DNA from: Chlorokybus atmophyticus
Lineage: Eukaryota > Plantae > Mesostigma and Chlorokybus algae
NCBI GenBank assembly: GCA_009103225.1
Contig: RHPI01002069.1
Location: 955,378-1,019,377, forward strand
Direction: 5' to 3'
Length of the DNA: 64,000 nucleotides
The translations under genes were made by a program, and so were the position numbers. Positions 1 to 14,210 of this stretch are shown piece by piece (the stretch's first letter is position 1; each line of letters starts with the position of its first letter). The notes below the pieces were generated by a model that saw only the letters and a list, made by a program, of their open reading frames with translations, ran no database searches and was not told the DNA's origin.

Positions 1-596
1 CGTGCCTGACCCCGCAACACCCGGCTGCTGCGACTGTGAGTGCGCTTGCATTGCTTTTCAACTTGCTGTTGTGCTAGCTCTCATAAACGCTGGCTGAGAC
101 TTGTTGTGTTGCTGGCGCAGGCACGCATTACTGCTACACTCCAGGTCAGTTGCCCCAGTTTGCGGTTGTGTGTGAGAACTCCATAAATGTAGTAAATGCA
201 GTACGCAAATCAGCCATGACAGAGACAAACTTGATGTTGCGATGTCAAAAATGATGACGTATTGTTGTTCTCACGTACGCACATCATTCCACTGACCTTT
301 GCATTCGTGCATCAGCTCTATGGGACCTGTTTGCCGGAAGGTTGCTGCAAGCGGTTTCCAGGTGCGTGCGTGCGTATTGCATTGAGTCTTTATTCGTAAT
401 GTCACAACTTGTTGCAGCATGAGGCTTTGCCCTGACTCTGCCCTGATGCTTGTTGCGGTGGGCGCGCAGCACCTTGGCGTGCACGTCGCGACAGTGCGCG
501 GACACGAACGTGTTGACAAAGGCGCCCACGGACGTGGTCGACCACTTCAGAGAGCGGCGCTTCATGGCGCGCCTCAGCTACATCCACAACCCGTGA
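1..596 (+). CDS. 3' part of a TBL/PC-esterase (SGNH-like O-acyltransferase) family gene, paralogue A; 5' part lies outside the window
   Basis: Exons 1-35 (..GCCD), 121-144 (CTHYCYTP), ~316-360 (ALWDLFAGRLLQAVS) and ~470-596 (..VVDHFRERRFMARLSYIHNP*) join in phase through GT-AG introns and give the DCTH (DxxH) motif. The exon structure matches the gene at 21974-24337. Confidence 0.75.
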
Positions 597-1532
597 TGGA
601 TGCAAAACCAGACCCACCCAACCTGTCTTGCACCTGTTGAACCTCATAACGCACCTGTCGACTAGCTAGGAGTTGCGATAAGGCGCATATGCGTAAGTGC
701 ACGAGCGCACATACTACCACATAGTATTATACTAACCCGAGGTAAACGCTGAAGCAATGCCATGGCATACTCTGCAAGTGCTCATGCATTTGGACTGGCT
801 CAAAGTCGTGGTATGTTGTGGTACCGTGCTCTCCACCCCAACCACAGCCATAGCCATCCCCAAAAAGCCCACACACCCAACCCTGATCACCTGAGGTAGA
901 AGTAGCGCCACAGTCAACAAGTTACCGTGTGTCCGCCTGCCCTTTGCACCACCTACATGTGCATAGTTCTTCATTGTTATATCAAAGTCAAGTGCTCTGT
1001 GACCTATGGTACCACCAAACCGTAGCAATTAAGCTCCAGGAGGAAGCCGCAAATGAGAACGAAACTCGCGCAGACTGGATGGGAATGACTGCGTCATTGT
1101 CCTTCGTGTAATGTGATGCAATAGTGTTGAACACATCGCAAAATCGCGCGATTGAAACCCAATGTACTTGCCGGATTTTGCGCAGTGCGGCAATGTGATA
1201 ACTTTGAGTCACATACGACTTCTAGTGCGTACTGTTGGTCCTGGCATACGCAGCGCCTCTGGATGCACGCGAGTCAGCCTCAGCGCAAGTGACTGACAAT
1301 GAATGTCCACAATCGCATTTTGTATATGCAATATCGAGCAAAATATTGTATGTTGACAAACCATTGTGTCTTGTCATATTGTGCAAGAAGCAAAACAGCA
1401 GCGTGCACCACACAAGAGCAGAGACATCCCACACACGTCTGTTCACGGCTGATGATGGCACTGACAATCACAATGAAGCATCCATACCGATGCCAAGCAC
1501 ACAGGAGCCCACACTATTCGCTCCAACACACG

Positions 1533-3833
1533 TCACGTTCCTTCGCACTGCCCGTCACGGTCATACTGCAGCTCCCATATCTTGATCACGCCGTCATCAC
1601 CCGCAGACGCGAGCACCCGCGGGTCTTTCGGATGCCAACGCACGCAGTTCACGTCACCCTCGTGGGCAGACACCCGTGTTGCCACAAGCGCACAACACGA
1701 TGAAGAAGAAGAAGAAGGAGGAGAAGAAGAGGGTGAGGAGGTGGTCACTTCTTCTTCTTGTTGTCGCTCACGGAACACGCGGACGGTGTTGTCCCCGGCA
1801 GCGGATGCGATGAGGTTGTCCCGCGACCAGTCGACGGAGAAGATGGTGCGCGTGTGTTCATCCACCACAACGCCACGCTTGCGCCATCGCGCTTGTTGCT
1901 GGTCGGAGAAGTCGTTGTTGTTGCTGTTGTTGGGGTCGCGGGACCAGATGATGACGGACTTGTCGTCACTGCACGAGACGAAGCGCTGCGCGTCCGGCGC
2001 AAAGGCCATACCCCACACAGTGGACGTGTGGCCGGCGAGCGTCTGCACGCAAGCCCAATCGTCCTCGTTGGGATCCTCAGCCCAAACCTGTACAAAACAC
2101 GAGCTGTTGATAATGAATGTTGGATCACAATAAACACACGCTGCAGACGAACCTTGATGGTGTCGTCGTACGATGTGGAGAACAGGAGGTCTTCGTTCGG
2201 GTGCCAACATACCGACTTGACGTCCTGTGGCCACAACTGTCGGTTAGCACAGCAAGAAATTTTGCTGTGGGTTTTGTTGAAGAGAGCGCGTGTGTACCTG
2301 CGAGTGTCCGTGGAGGACCGACACGCACTCGAACTCGTCCCCGGTGGCGGCCTCCCATATCCACACGCTCTTGTCGCGGCTGCACGTGGCCAGCAGCGCG
2401 CCGGAGGGACTCCACGCCACGCTCTTCACCTCGTTCTCATGGCCCTGGAAGTCAACAAGAGAGACACAGAGGACTGTGTGAAGAAGTGCACACGCATACG
2501 CATGCATACCCACGCGCACGCCCGCCCACACACAAAGACAGCTGCTCAGTGTTTGTTTACGAATGTCGTGCCTCGAGTGTTGCGATGCACTCGTAGTCCC
2601 CTCCTACGCTATCGACCGCTTCCCATATGGCGGTGGTGGCGTCGAAGCTGGCGGTGGCCAGCCGCTTGCCCGACGGCGACCACGCCACGCTGCGCACCGT
2701 GCGGGTGTGCTGGTCCTCCAACTGAGCCTGCCAGGAGGGGAGGCACGCGATGCGTACACATGAGCACATTGTCTGTTTGCTTCAATAGCTCGCACAACTG
2801 CCATTCTCAACCCAAACGACATTTGTGCAAGAGTGAGAACCAACACTGACCGTGCACATGCAAGCATGCATGCGCACGTGCATGTGCGATTACCTGCACA
2901 AGCGTGCAGGCTTAGGACTGCATTTGTCTACGCATGGACCTCCCCGTAGCTATGTTCCAACAACTCACATACACACCCAAATACCTTACATGGTGTGTGG
3001 GTACTCACCTTGCATACCCATCTTGATCCTGGCCCCCCCTCTCTCCCCCACACGCGCGCGGTCTTGTCGCCCCCGCAGGACGCGAGCAGCGAGCCGTTGG
3101 GCGACCACGCCACGTTCCACACGCGGTCCGTGTGACCCTCAAGCACCTGACCCCGGAACACCCCACCCCGCGTTCACCACAACATGCACGTGTGACGAGG
3201 ACGACAGAGGACTGTGCGCGATGAGCTCGCATACACGCAATGTGCGTGAGATGCACTCGCAGCGTAGGAGCCGGAAAACACTCGGGGAGGCTTTGTGAGT
3301 GTAAACTTGCGGGCAAAGCATGTTGTTGTCGTTGTTGTTGTCGTAGTGGGCAAGTGCAAAATATGTCCTTGGCCAAACAACAGACCAACACAACCATGGT
3401 ATGCACAAGCAAACAGCATTAAGCAACGCCGTTGCCATTGCAATCTTTTGACCATGACCATGAACGAATGCATTGCCATCGCCAACGCAGAGAAAAGGTG
3501 CCGTGTGACATTGCGCAGTTACTCTTCACCCAATCTAGCAAGAACTTAACGAACCGGTCTAGCACAACGCTTATCACACGGAGAGCATGCGGCTTTTCAC
3601 GAGACCAACAGTAAGCTAGGCCAGAAGAGCCAGCCTACAGAACAAACAGATTGATTGACAAGTAGAGAGCACGGCCGACATATCTCGTGCGCACGCTCCA
3701 GACCACTACTATTGGCCATGCTCGGTATTGAATCATGTGTACAGCGCGCAAAGTGATAGCAGCAGCATTGCGCACACACACTAACCTGAACCTCCCGCAA
3801 CACCGCGCTGGTCGACGCGCCGTGCTCCTGCAT
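1533..3833 (-). CDS. CIA1: WD40 cytosolic iron-sulfur cluster assembly protein CIA1/CIAO1
   Basis: Exons encode [16 protein letters not shown]|[90 protein letters not shown] and [26 protein letters not shown], which are hallmark CIA1 WD40 repeats. Confidence 0.93.
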
Positions 3834-4020
3834 GGCCCTCGCAACCCACAAACAACCAGGCTAGAGCACAATCCCTCCCTCTGCCCTCCTCTACCTGCAC
3901 CCACGCCTGCTCCTGATCCACCTCCTATTGTCTCAACCCTTACCACCGCCGCCGCCGCCTGCTCTGCGGCCTGGTCCGACCACACTGCTGCCGTTGGCGC
4001 AGCATGCTGTTGCTCTAAGC

Positions 4021-6132
4021 ATGGCTGCTGCGGTGGCGGCGGCGGCGGCGGCGACAAGCTTCACTCTGATGCTCGCGGATGGACGGCGAGGTCGCTGCGG
4101 AGGTGGGCAGTATGCGCGACGACATACGCGTAGACATACCCGGTGTCCGCCGCCGCCTGTGCGAGTTGGCTGCCTCAGCAGCAGCAGCACCAACGGCCAT
4201 GTCGCTGGTAGTGCACAAGCTGGCCCGTCACAAGGTAGGCGAGACGAGCCGGCTGTCGATTATCATAGCTGCATTGCCTCCGTGGCAAGCATCCTTGTGT
4301 GAGACAACTACATACACACCTTGTTCAACATGCTCACATAACATCACATAAGGCTTGGTGCAAGCCAGACACAGACAAGCATCTGCTTTGCACTCGCATG
4401 CATGCGTCCATCCTTGAATCGGTGATGATCTGACGAGCTTGCGTGTGCATTGACGACGACGACAACAACTTTGATATCGATGATACTGTCTGTCTGAGCA
4501 TCTGGTGAAGACGCACGTGAGGTTGTTGCACACCGCGTGCATGTACGTGTCTTTGTGCAGCGGAGCGCAGCAGCGTGTCGGAGGTGCTTGAAGCCATGTC
4601 GAGTGGGCTGATGGCGCCCGAAGACGCCGCCCTTGCTCTCCACGCAATGGTTCAAGCAGCTGCCTCCGCTCCTTCTCCCTCTTCTACACCCTCCTCCAGC
4701 ATGGCTCAGGTGCATGCTCGTGGCGCAGCGCGAAGCGATTGCGCTCGGAGATGGCGTCCTGTTTGGCGTGTGAGACTGCACGCTGATTGCGGACTTGTTG
4801 GACCAGGTGGAAGAGTTTGCCCGGCTTGATATGGACCGACAGAGCCGCACGGGCTTCCCTGAGGTCTGTGATTGAACCACATGCGTGCGTGTGCGTACAG
4901 GTGTGCGGGTGCGCTGAGTCTGAACTTGCGTGTCCTGCTGCTGTTTGGCACTCTCTCACAGCTCACACCCAGGCGACGCTTTGGTTCTGCGCAGTGCAGG
5001 TGGTGTGGGGCCCCGGCAAGTCGCCCGACCAGATCGCAAAGATCATGACCGTCCTAGCGCAGAAGCAACCGCTCGCCATCGCCACGCGCGTGGACGCCGC
5101 CACGGCCGAACAAGTAAGCACACAACTATAGATGAGTCTTCTTTCAATGGATGGACACTTTTTGATGTGATCAAAAACACGGTGTTTTCTGGTAGCTGTC
5201 GAAGATGTTGCCGAGCATGGAGTATAACGCGGTTGCGCGGGTGTGTACGCTGCAACATGCAGCACGCGATGGTGACACGCAGGACGCCGTACAAGCGTCT
5301 GTCTCGCGTATAGAAGGACACATTGCTCTCCTTTCTGCCGGGACAGCAGACACCGCCGTTGCTGAGGTGAATATTGACAAATCCATTCGTGTCTTGGGAC
5401 CTTTGATGTTGTTGCGTTGGTGATGGAGTGGTGTCCATTTTGCAGGAGGCGCGCGTGATCGCGCAGTTCATGGGTTGCAGCGTCCACTTCATCGCCGACG
5501 TGGGCGTAGCCGGCCTGCACCGCCTTCTCTCAAAGGTAACTGGGGCATTGTTTGCATTGCTGTTTACCACTGCCAAAAACAACGCAAATGCGCTGAAGCG
5601 GCGTCACCCGGCAGATCGATGAGATCCGGAAGGCGGACGTTGTCATCGTGGTGGCCGGCATGGACGGCGCATTGCCCAGCGTTGTCGCGGGACTTGTAGA
5701 ATGTCCCGTCATCGCAGTACCAACAAGGTGGGTGATTTCTAACACTCGTTCATGCAAGTCGTTCAGCTGCTACATCATCGATTCGTTCATCCAATCATTC
5801 ACTTACTCACTCACTCACTCACTCACTCAACATTTCAAATGTTCCTTCCATTCACTATACTTTCCGTATCTATCGTGCGTATGTACGGATGCAAGTTGCA
5901 TCCAGGCTAGGATGAATGGCTTTTTCCTCACCCTCTCTGCTGCTGCAGTGTTGGTTACGGTGCGGCGTTTGGCGGTCTGGCCCCTCTCCTCTCGGCCCTG
6001 AACGCGTGCGCGCCGGGCGTGACGGTCGTCAACATTGACAACGGCTTCGGGGCCGCCATGGCAGCGGCGAGGTTCCTACGCAGCGCATCGCGACTGAGGG
6101 ACAGAGCAGCTGCAAGGGAGCCACCGGCGTAG
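4021..6132 (+). CDS. larB: LarB/CpmA-like PurE-fold protein (nickel-pincer cofactor biosynthesis carboxylase family) with a putative plastid transit peptide
   Basis: Exons give [111 protein letters not shown]. Exon 1 is Ala/Arg/Ser-rich with almost no acidic residues. Confidence 0.9.
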
Positions 6133-6707
6133 CATTCTTTTGCATAGAATGGAACTCAGATGGTTGGTTGGCCATGACGATGAAACTAGTGCATGCTATA
6201 CGGCATTCGCATGGTAGGTGTATGAATGTGTTTTTTTGGACGCATTGTGCGTGGCATGCAAACATGCGCATGACACGACATCAGTCCAGGGATGGCATGC
6301 ATGCTGTTGGATGCATAGGGAAGGTGCGGCTGCAGCTGTCATTGTCCAGCGCTTGCCATGAGATACTTTTGCCATCATTTGTGTCTCAGTAGTGCCTACC
6401 ATCATATGGTCGCATTGTTCACCTGCACATTCATGTTGTGCGCGATGATCGTGACCAGTGTGTAGCAGTGTATGCACATGAATGCCTGTGCAAGTAGAGA
6501 ATTGGTAGTATGCGCTCCCACTTCGTCGTGGTGTGTCAACACATCCGCTTGGGCTGCTGTGAGGGGATACATACATACACTCGGGGCTTGTCCTTACCAA
6601 CGACTGTCGCCAACTCGTCACAGCTGCAGGCAGTGCAGCATGGAGACTCAATGAATCAATCAATCGCAACAAAAAATGACACCAAGTGAAACACCATGCA
6701 CTCTCTA

Positions 6708-9013
6708 TCAATCTCTGTCGGTAATGAACTGCAGAACCCTCTGACTGAACCCGTCGAGACACGTGGAGAACCGGTGGTCGGCGCCCGGCATGATGCACAG
6801 CGTGTGGTCGGCCGCTGTGATGAACCTGTCGAAGGAGCGGGCGTCCTCTACGGGGATGGTGTCGTCGCTGTCGCCGTGAAGCGTCAACACTCTGCAAAGA
6901 GAGAGTGGTATTAGTGACTGAGTCATTAGGATGTGACAGCCAACATTAAAGGAACCCACACACCTGCAGTCTTTCAGAGACTCTGCTGCCTTCCTCATGT
7001 CGATAGCGAATCGCGCCTCCACATCCGTCTTCTCCACCCGATACTCACCTGTATTCCACCACACAACGCTACCACCACAACAAACCCCCACACAACAAAT
7101 TTCACATCCCCAACACACCTTTGTGGTCGCGCTGCATGACGAATCCGTCGCGCTGCAGCGCCGCCATGCCGTCGGGGCCGAAGCGCTCGGCCACGCCGCG
7201 ACGCATGTCGAAGCGACCCGCCGCGTTGACGACTGACGGTATGTCGCCGTACTTGGACGCGTACAGCAGAACCACATTACCACCTGAACATGGGCGCACA
7301 TGAGGGTGTGGGGTCGCGTGCGTCCGTGCGTGCGTGTGCGCGTTTGCACCTGTCCGCACCCACACGCGTGTGTGTGTGTGTGCATGTGTGACAAGGAGAG
7401 TGTGTTTTGATAAAGGGGGACCACTGATGATTCGTCACCTTTGCTGTGGCCGAGGATGGCCGTGACGGTCTTGCCCGTGCTGCGTAGGTGTTGGATGACG
7501 GCGCGCAGGTCCTCCACCTCACGCTCGTACCCGCCGTACGCAAACTTCCCCTCGCTGTCGCTGCACACGCGGGGCAGAGATAAGATAGCTGTGTCTCTGA
7601 TGCTGTGACAGTGGTGATGCTGCGACTATGCACATACATACACAACGTACCCGTTGCCGCTGAAGTCGAAGCGAGCGGCGCTGATGCCGCGCGCGGCCAG
7701 CGCCCTCGTCACTATCGTGTTCACAGCGTTGTCCTGTTGCAACAAGCGCGCACGCATGCGCGCACATGTGTGTGTGTCGTTGTGTGTTGTCGATTACCAG
7801 GCAATAATCTCTCCCTGACTGTGCCCTACCTTGTGCGAGCGGAAGCCGTGGCACAGGACCACCACCTCACGCGACCCTGCGGAGACATTGTACGTGTGTA
7901 CGGATGCACGCACGAATACAACACTGCAACACCCCCCTTGTTATCATGTGGCTCTTTGTTGTAACTCGAGCAATGCAGTGCTACGATTAGTATTAGTATT
8001 ACGTCACGCTTTGAAGTGATCGTAGTCACCACCCTGACGCAAAAACCAGAATATCGAGAGCTTCAAACACGCGCTGGCGCAAGCATAGAAGTGCTTGATA
8101 GCTGTGATTGAAGGATGCTTGGCCGCACTTTGCTCACAACCATGCGTGCTTGTGACCAACCGCATCTTCATCGTATGACAGCATGACCACATCACATTGC
8201 AAAGGCATACACATGTGTACGTGTGCGTGGCGAGGGTGTACACTTGCGCACGTGCGCGTGCGTGTGCGCACGCGCGCGCGTTTGTGTGCTCGTTTGTGTG
8301 TGCACGTGCGTGCGGGAGGGCGTGGCATGTGCATTGGGGGGGGTGCACGCACGTCTGTGTGCGCGTGCTAGCGTGGGTGTTTGTGTGTGTGTTGGGGGGG
8401 TGGGGTGGGGTGGGGTTGCTCTGCATGTACAGAGAGACATGCTAGCACATGTCAAAGCCCAGCACACTCAAACGCGCGCAGCTACACGCACACACTCATG
8501 CATGCATGCATGCGCCAACATGTTCAAACACACGCACACGAACACCTGCATACGTACTCAAGACGCGTACGTGTGTTTTTTGCGTGCGTTGTGATTGATG
8601 ATGCACTTATGAAGCTGGCGATGGCGCAGCGCTATTGTGGATCGTATCACAAAAGGATATACNGCAACGTGCTCATCATTCCCACCCATACCAGTATCCG
8701 ACAGTTTCCCAGCCAGTCGCTCCCCCCTATCATTCACGACTCCCTCCATCGCTACCTCCCTGACCTTCTTCGCCTCGGCCTCCCCGACTCCAGCCAGCCC
8801 CATAGCAACGACTTCAGCCTCACGCCGCCGCCGCTGCCTGGCTGCGCTGGCTGGGCGGAGGGGGAGGAGAGGCAGGAGGACAAGGTAAGCAGAGAAGGCG
8901 GGGCGGGAGGGGCGGGGCGAGCGGAGGAGTGGCAGAGATGGTGAGGAGGAGGCTGACGGCGGTGAACACAACGCCGCCGCCGCCGCCGCCGCTGCCGCCG
9001 CCGCTGCCGGCAT
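6708..9013 (-). CDS. alpha/beta hydrolase (plant-type uncharacterised esterase family) with a possible organellar presequence
   Basis: NDRGERLAGKLSDTG|SREVVVLCHGFRSHK, AARFDFSGNG|DSEG, nucleophile elbow LGHSKG, VLTLHGDSDDTIPVEDA and GADHRF give a Ser-Asp-His triad. Confidence 0.88.
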
Positions 9014-9516
9014 GGCGCAGGGGATGGGCGGGGAGCGAAGGGTGCGTGTGGCTTACGTAACGGCTAAGTCCCTGCCCTGTCCGGACGCTGTGCAATGCAT
9101 TGCGTCAATGCTCGTGGGAGAGGGCTCGTGTTTTTTCATGTGGGGTGAGGTTGGATCGGAGAGTATCAGTGTGCCTGTGATCTAGTGTTTTTCCAGGGAG
9201 AGGTGTAATGCTGTGTCGTGGTGATGCAGACAAGATGTTATCGCAGTGTTTGACTTGCGCGTGAGCTTTGACGACAAAACACGCAAGTTAGGCCGCCTGC
9301 AGCAAGACGTGAGTCTCATGGGCACACGGCTACGCGCAGGCATGCTGCACGCAGGCTCATACCACCCAAGTACAACAACAACAACAACAACCATATCATA
9401 ACGTTACAACCCCGAGGGGCCGAGTCATATACCCCATACATTTCCCTCCCTTACAATACACTAGTAGTACACGTAAACAAACGAAACACCACAACACCTC
9501 CTCCTCCTCCCTGCTG

Positions 9517-12181
<2,665 letters not shown>

Positions 12182-13399
12182 GACGTGTCATTCACCTTGG
12201 CAATCTCATGTTTGCTGCCAGCGTTGGCCCCAGTCAGGGCTGATGGCAGCAAGCTTGAGTTGCCTCTAACTTGCATCATGGGACCTCTTGGTGCGTGCCC
12301 CTCAGAGTTCAGTCAGGAAGCTGTATTGAAAAGGACGGGAGATTGCGCGAATACAACTCAATGACGCTATCTTCACACATGTGTAGACATAGTGAATTTT
12401 GAAGTTGTAAACTTTGTAACATAGAATTGTTACGAGTATCATCACAAACACGAAATAATATTTACAGTAGCTAAATGTTACAAGACGTTGCAACGTGTGT
12501 TATGATATGGGTTACACATGTTTTTTCCATGATATTGAAAGACGTCATGCATAGCTTCGTAAATTACGCATAGCAGGCTTTATTATTGTTAAGCACTTCA
12601 TACTCCAATGCTCGTTTTGACACCAGGCTAGCCAGAAATTGTCATATATTCATGATATTATTTTGTTTACTGTTTTAATACAACTTGGATACATGCTACA
12701 ATAAATGAAGCTCGTCAAACAGTACATGGACACCCTCTAAGGAGGGCATTCTTGCTACAACGTAAACATGTACAGAAATTACGCGTAGCCGACAGCACAT
12801 GCGTGTGATGTGAAAACCATAGCTATGGTTGTGCAGCCTGCTCGGCAATGCTATGGTGTTATTATTTAAACAACATCTCAAACTTAGTAACGTGTGCGCA
12901 ATTGACTATAACATGTGTTTGCTAGCATGTATTGATGCTCTTGCAAGGTTGTTGAGCATGATATGCTCGATACAGCATGTGTTAGTCATGACTTGTATAA
13001 CGTATGCTATGGGTAATATTACCCACTGGGTCATGTTGTGCTGTGGTTTTAAACGCGAGGGTGCTACACCATGGAGCGACAAATCTCCGAAATTTGTTGC
13101 ACCGAGGTGTAGCCATGTTAAATGTTAAATTTCTCGTGTTGGCCTTCAAATTTTGCTTCTGGCCATATATGGCATGTGTATACATCATTACCACACACTT
13201 TGCAACTTGAGCTTGGCGGCCAAAAGCGTTAAAAATGATTCAGCAGCCATCATAATGTTAGATACTCAGCGTGTTTAGCAATCTTATTCATCATATGCAT
13301 AATGCATACTACATAATGTCGGTATGATTGATACGCACACGACTAACTTGCTCAGCGGGTCAATAGTATTGACCTGGTATCTTTACTGCACCGGAGCAC

Positions 13400-14210
13400 T
13401 TGGCATCATTAAATCTTTAGTTAAACTGCTTAGCTTAATGCTGTGATGATCTCGTCTTGTGTTGCCTTGTGCTACTTCATGTGCTGCATAACCTGATTTT
13501 CATTTACTGCCCTTTTACATGCCTTATGGTATTCATTGACAAATTTCCTGAATATAATGTCCCTTGATGACTCAAGTCGGACATTACAAGGGATAGTATC
13601 GGCGAACTGCCAAAGCTGTTACAAAGTTTCACCAAGAGCACATTTTTTTTCTTGCAGCAGCTTGACCAGATGCCTCAGCTCTCGGAAAGCTCTGCTGCTT
13701 GCAATCAACAAGCCAATAATGATGTGTGCAAATTTAATGAGGTGAGTTCGGAATAGAAGACTGCTCCTTTCACTAATAGTAATTTTGCTTGTAATTGCTG
13801 ATTGCTTGCTATTCGCACTGCGCCAGCTTTGACGCTCCCATGTGCGCACACTTGTGCCATGTGTTGAAAGGCTCTTACACACTTAACGTTCCCTACGCAG
13901 GCTACCATCAATCATAGATTGCAATACACCCTTGCTGTAGCTTAGCCATTGAACACGTCATTTCTTGAAGAAATGACGGAAGTCAATGCACCTCCGTCCT
14001 CTTCCCAAGCATCTCAAGTGGGTCGCTCTCCATGGCAAGTACATGCTGTGTTGTTGTAATGCTTCAAGCTTTGACCACCCGAATATATATAATGACATAC
14101 ATGGATTGCAGAATTCGCACCGCTGCTGGTGTATTGCGAGCTGGCTCCGTCTTCCATCCTCCGTAAGCGCCACCAAGCCAAGCAACACTCTTGCTTGAAC
14201 CAATTGTGTC
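13400..14210 (-). pseudogene. Decayed coding relic (helical/coiled-coil ORF, possibly transposon-derived)
   Basis: Minus-strand frame reads RAFRELRHLVKLLQEKKCALGETL*QLWQFADTIP..IFRKFVNEYHKACKRAVNENQVMQHMK*HKATQDEIITALS*, plus MESDPLEMLGKRTEVH*LPSFLQEM. It looks protein-like but is broken by stops; the family is not recognised. Confidence 0.35.

Noticed and set aside
4021-6132. larB as bacterial contamination or PurE
   Set aside because: It has multiple GT-AG introns, a transit-like exon and eukaryotic neighbours. The D..R..RTG.PE and NIDNGFGAA motifs are LarB-type rather than PurE-type.
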